DNA of 64,000 bases. Source: Welwitschia mirabilis (Eukaryota). The stretch spans positions 10,083,351 through 10,147,350 of the forward strand of contig JBOZIK010000001.1 of assembly GCA_051453625.1 (NCBI GenBank), given 5' to 3'. Within the stretch, counting starts at the first letter, position 1. Every line of letters starts with the position of its first letter. The translations under genes were made by a program, and so were the position numbers. Positions 63,301 through 64,000 of this stretch are shown here, one piece after another. Below the pieces are notes generated by a model. The model saw only the letters and a list, made by a program, of their open reading frames with translations. It did no database searches and was not told where the DNA came from.

Positions 63301-64000
63301 GAGGAAGCGACAAGCTTCAAGTTCTTCTCAGTATAGGCTTGTACAATAGGAGATTGAGTCTAAGAGCTTAAATGCTCCATCGCTTATCTTTTATTGTCTT
63401 TATTAAAAGATTCAATTTAATAGATCTTCATAGCCACCATTATTACCTTAGCCCTCTTCACCATTACATGCACCTTCTCCACCTCTAGTTCATCCACCAT
63501 TACCTCCATCTTTGCATATAGAGCCCATTTAAATTGAACTAATCCCATCTATTTAGCTTCTGTCCATCTTCACAAAGATCACCATCACTAGCTTCTTAGG
63601 ACTTTTATCACTTCTTAAACATATCAATGCATGAGGAGATAGGACTTTTAAGACCCTAGTAAGACATCATACTACCCCTCTAAGAAGAGGCATACACCAC
63701 CACCTACTTCATCGTAATCTTATACATAGCCCAACTTCACCATCCATGATAGTGAGAACGGTGATGAAGAAGCCAAGGTAAGCAAGATAGGAGTGATTTA
63801 GGTCTCACTAATTAGAGCCTTTCTATTGATATCCAAAAATGGATAGAAGTATAGGAAAAATTAGTAGCAGATCACTTGAATATTTTCGCTTCCAGGATTG
63901 AGGACATGGGATTGGAGCTCTTGATTATGATATCTTGAATTGGATTTAAGAGTGTCATTATTTGTATCATTGATCCCTCCTTGACATTTTGGCTTACATT
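60380..64000 (+). mobile_element. Heavily deleted Copia, possibly Sirevirus-like, remnant with env-like ORF debris
   Basis: Zn-knuckle-like IIWYYCHCKGHYLYRCP (~60998-61048), an RNase-H-like SINLCKN (~61290), repeated a(g/a)acatct/agatgtct motifs at 61525-61845, then ORF debris with *KEFYANIY (~62238). Confidence 0.45.

Overview
Eukaryotic (land-plant) nuclear DNA: very AT-rich, strongly C->T/G->A decayed, with several N gaps and no intact gene. Most of the window is nested, degenerate retroelements. These are an Athila-type gag remnant, a Copia pol remnant, a complete but pol-less Athila-type element (4667-13319), three L1-type LINE remnants (one interrupted by a 2.3 kb gag-only Copia element with a perfect TSD), a tRNA-derived SINE, a solo LTR, an LTR+PBS stub, a full-length chromovirus (Tekay/Del-like) Ty3/Gypsy element with ~3 kb LTRs (47914-59043), and a Sirevirus-like remnant. 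The standout is a ~4.5 kb mosaic of unrelated host-gene fragments in mixed orientation (~44.0-47.9 kb, continuing at 59.0-59.6 kb). It includes an ARM repeat, a divergent KCBP/ZWICHEL FERM segment, a UPL3-type HECT segment, a chloroplast FtsH AAA segment and unidentified coding-like pieces. The Gypsy element later inserted into the FtsH piece, which rejoins across the TSD. All protein assignments come from manual translation and recalled family motifs; no search was run, and coordinates of degenerate elements are approximate.
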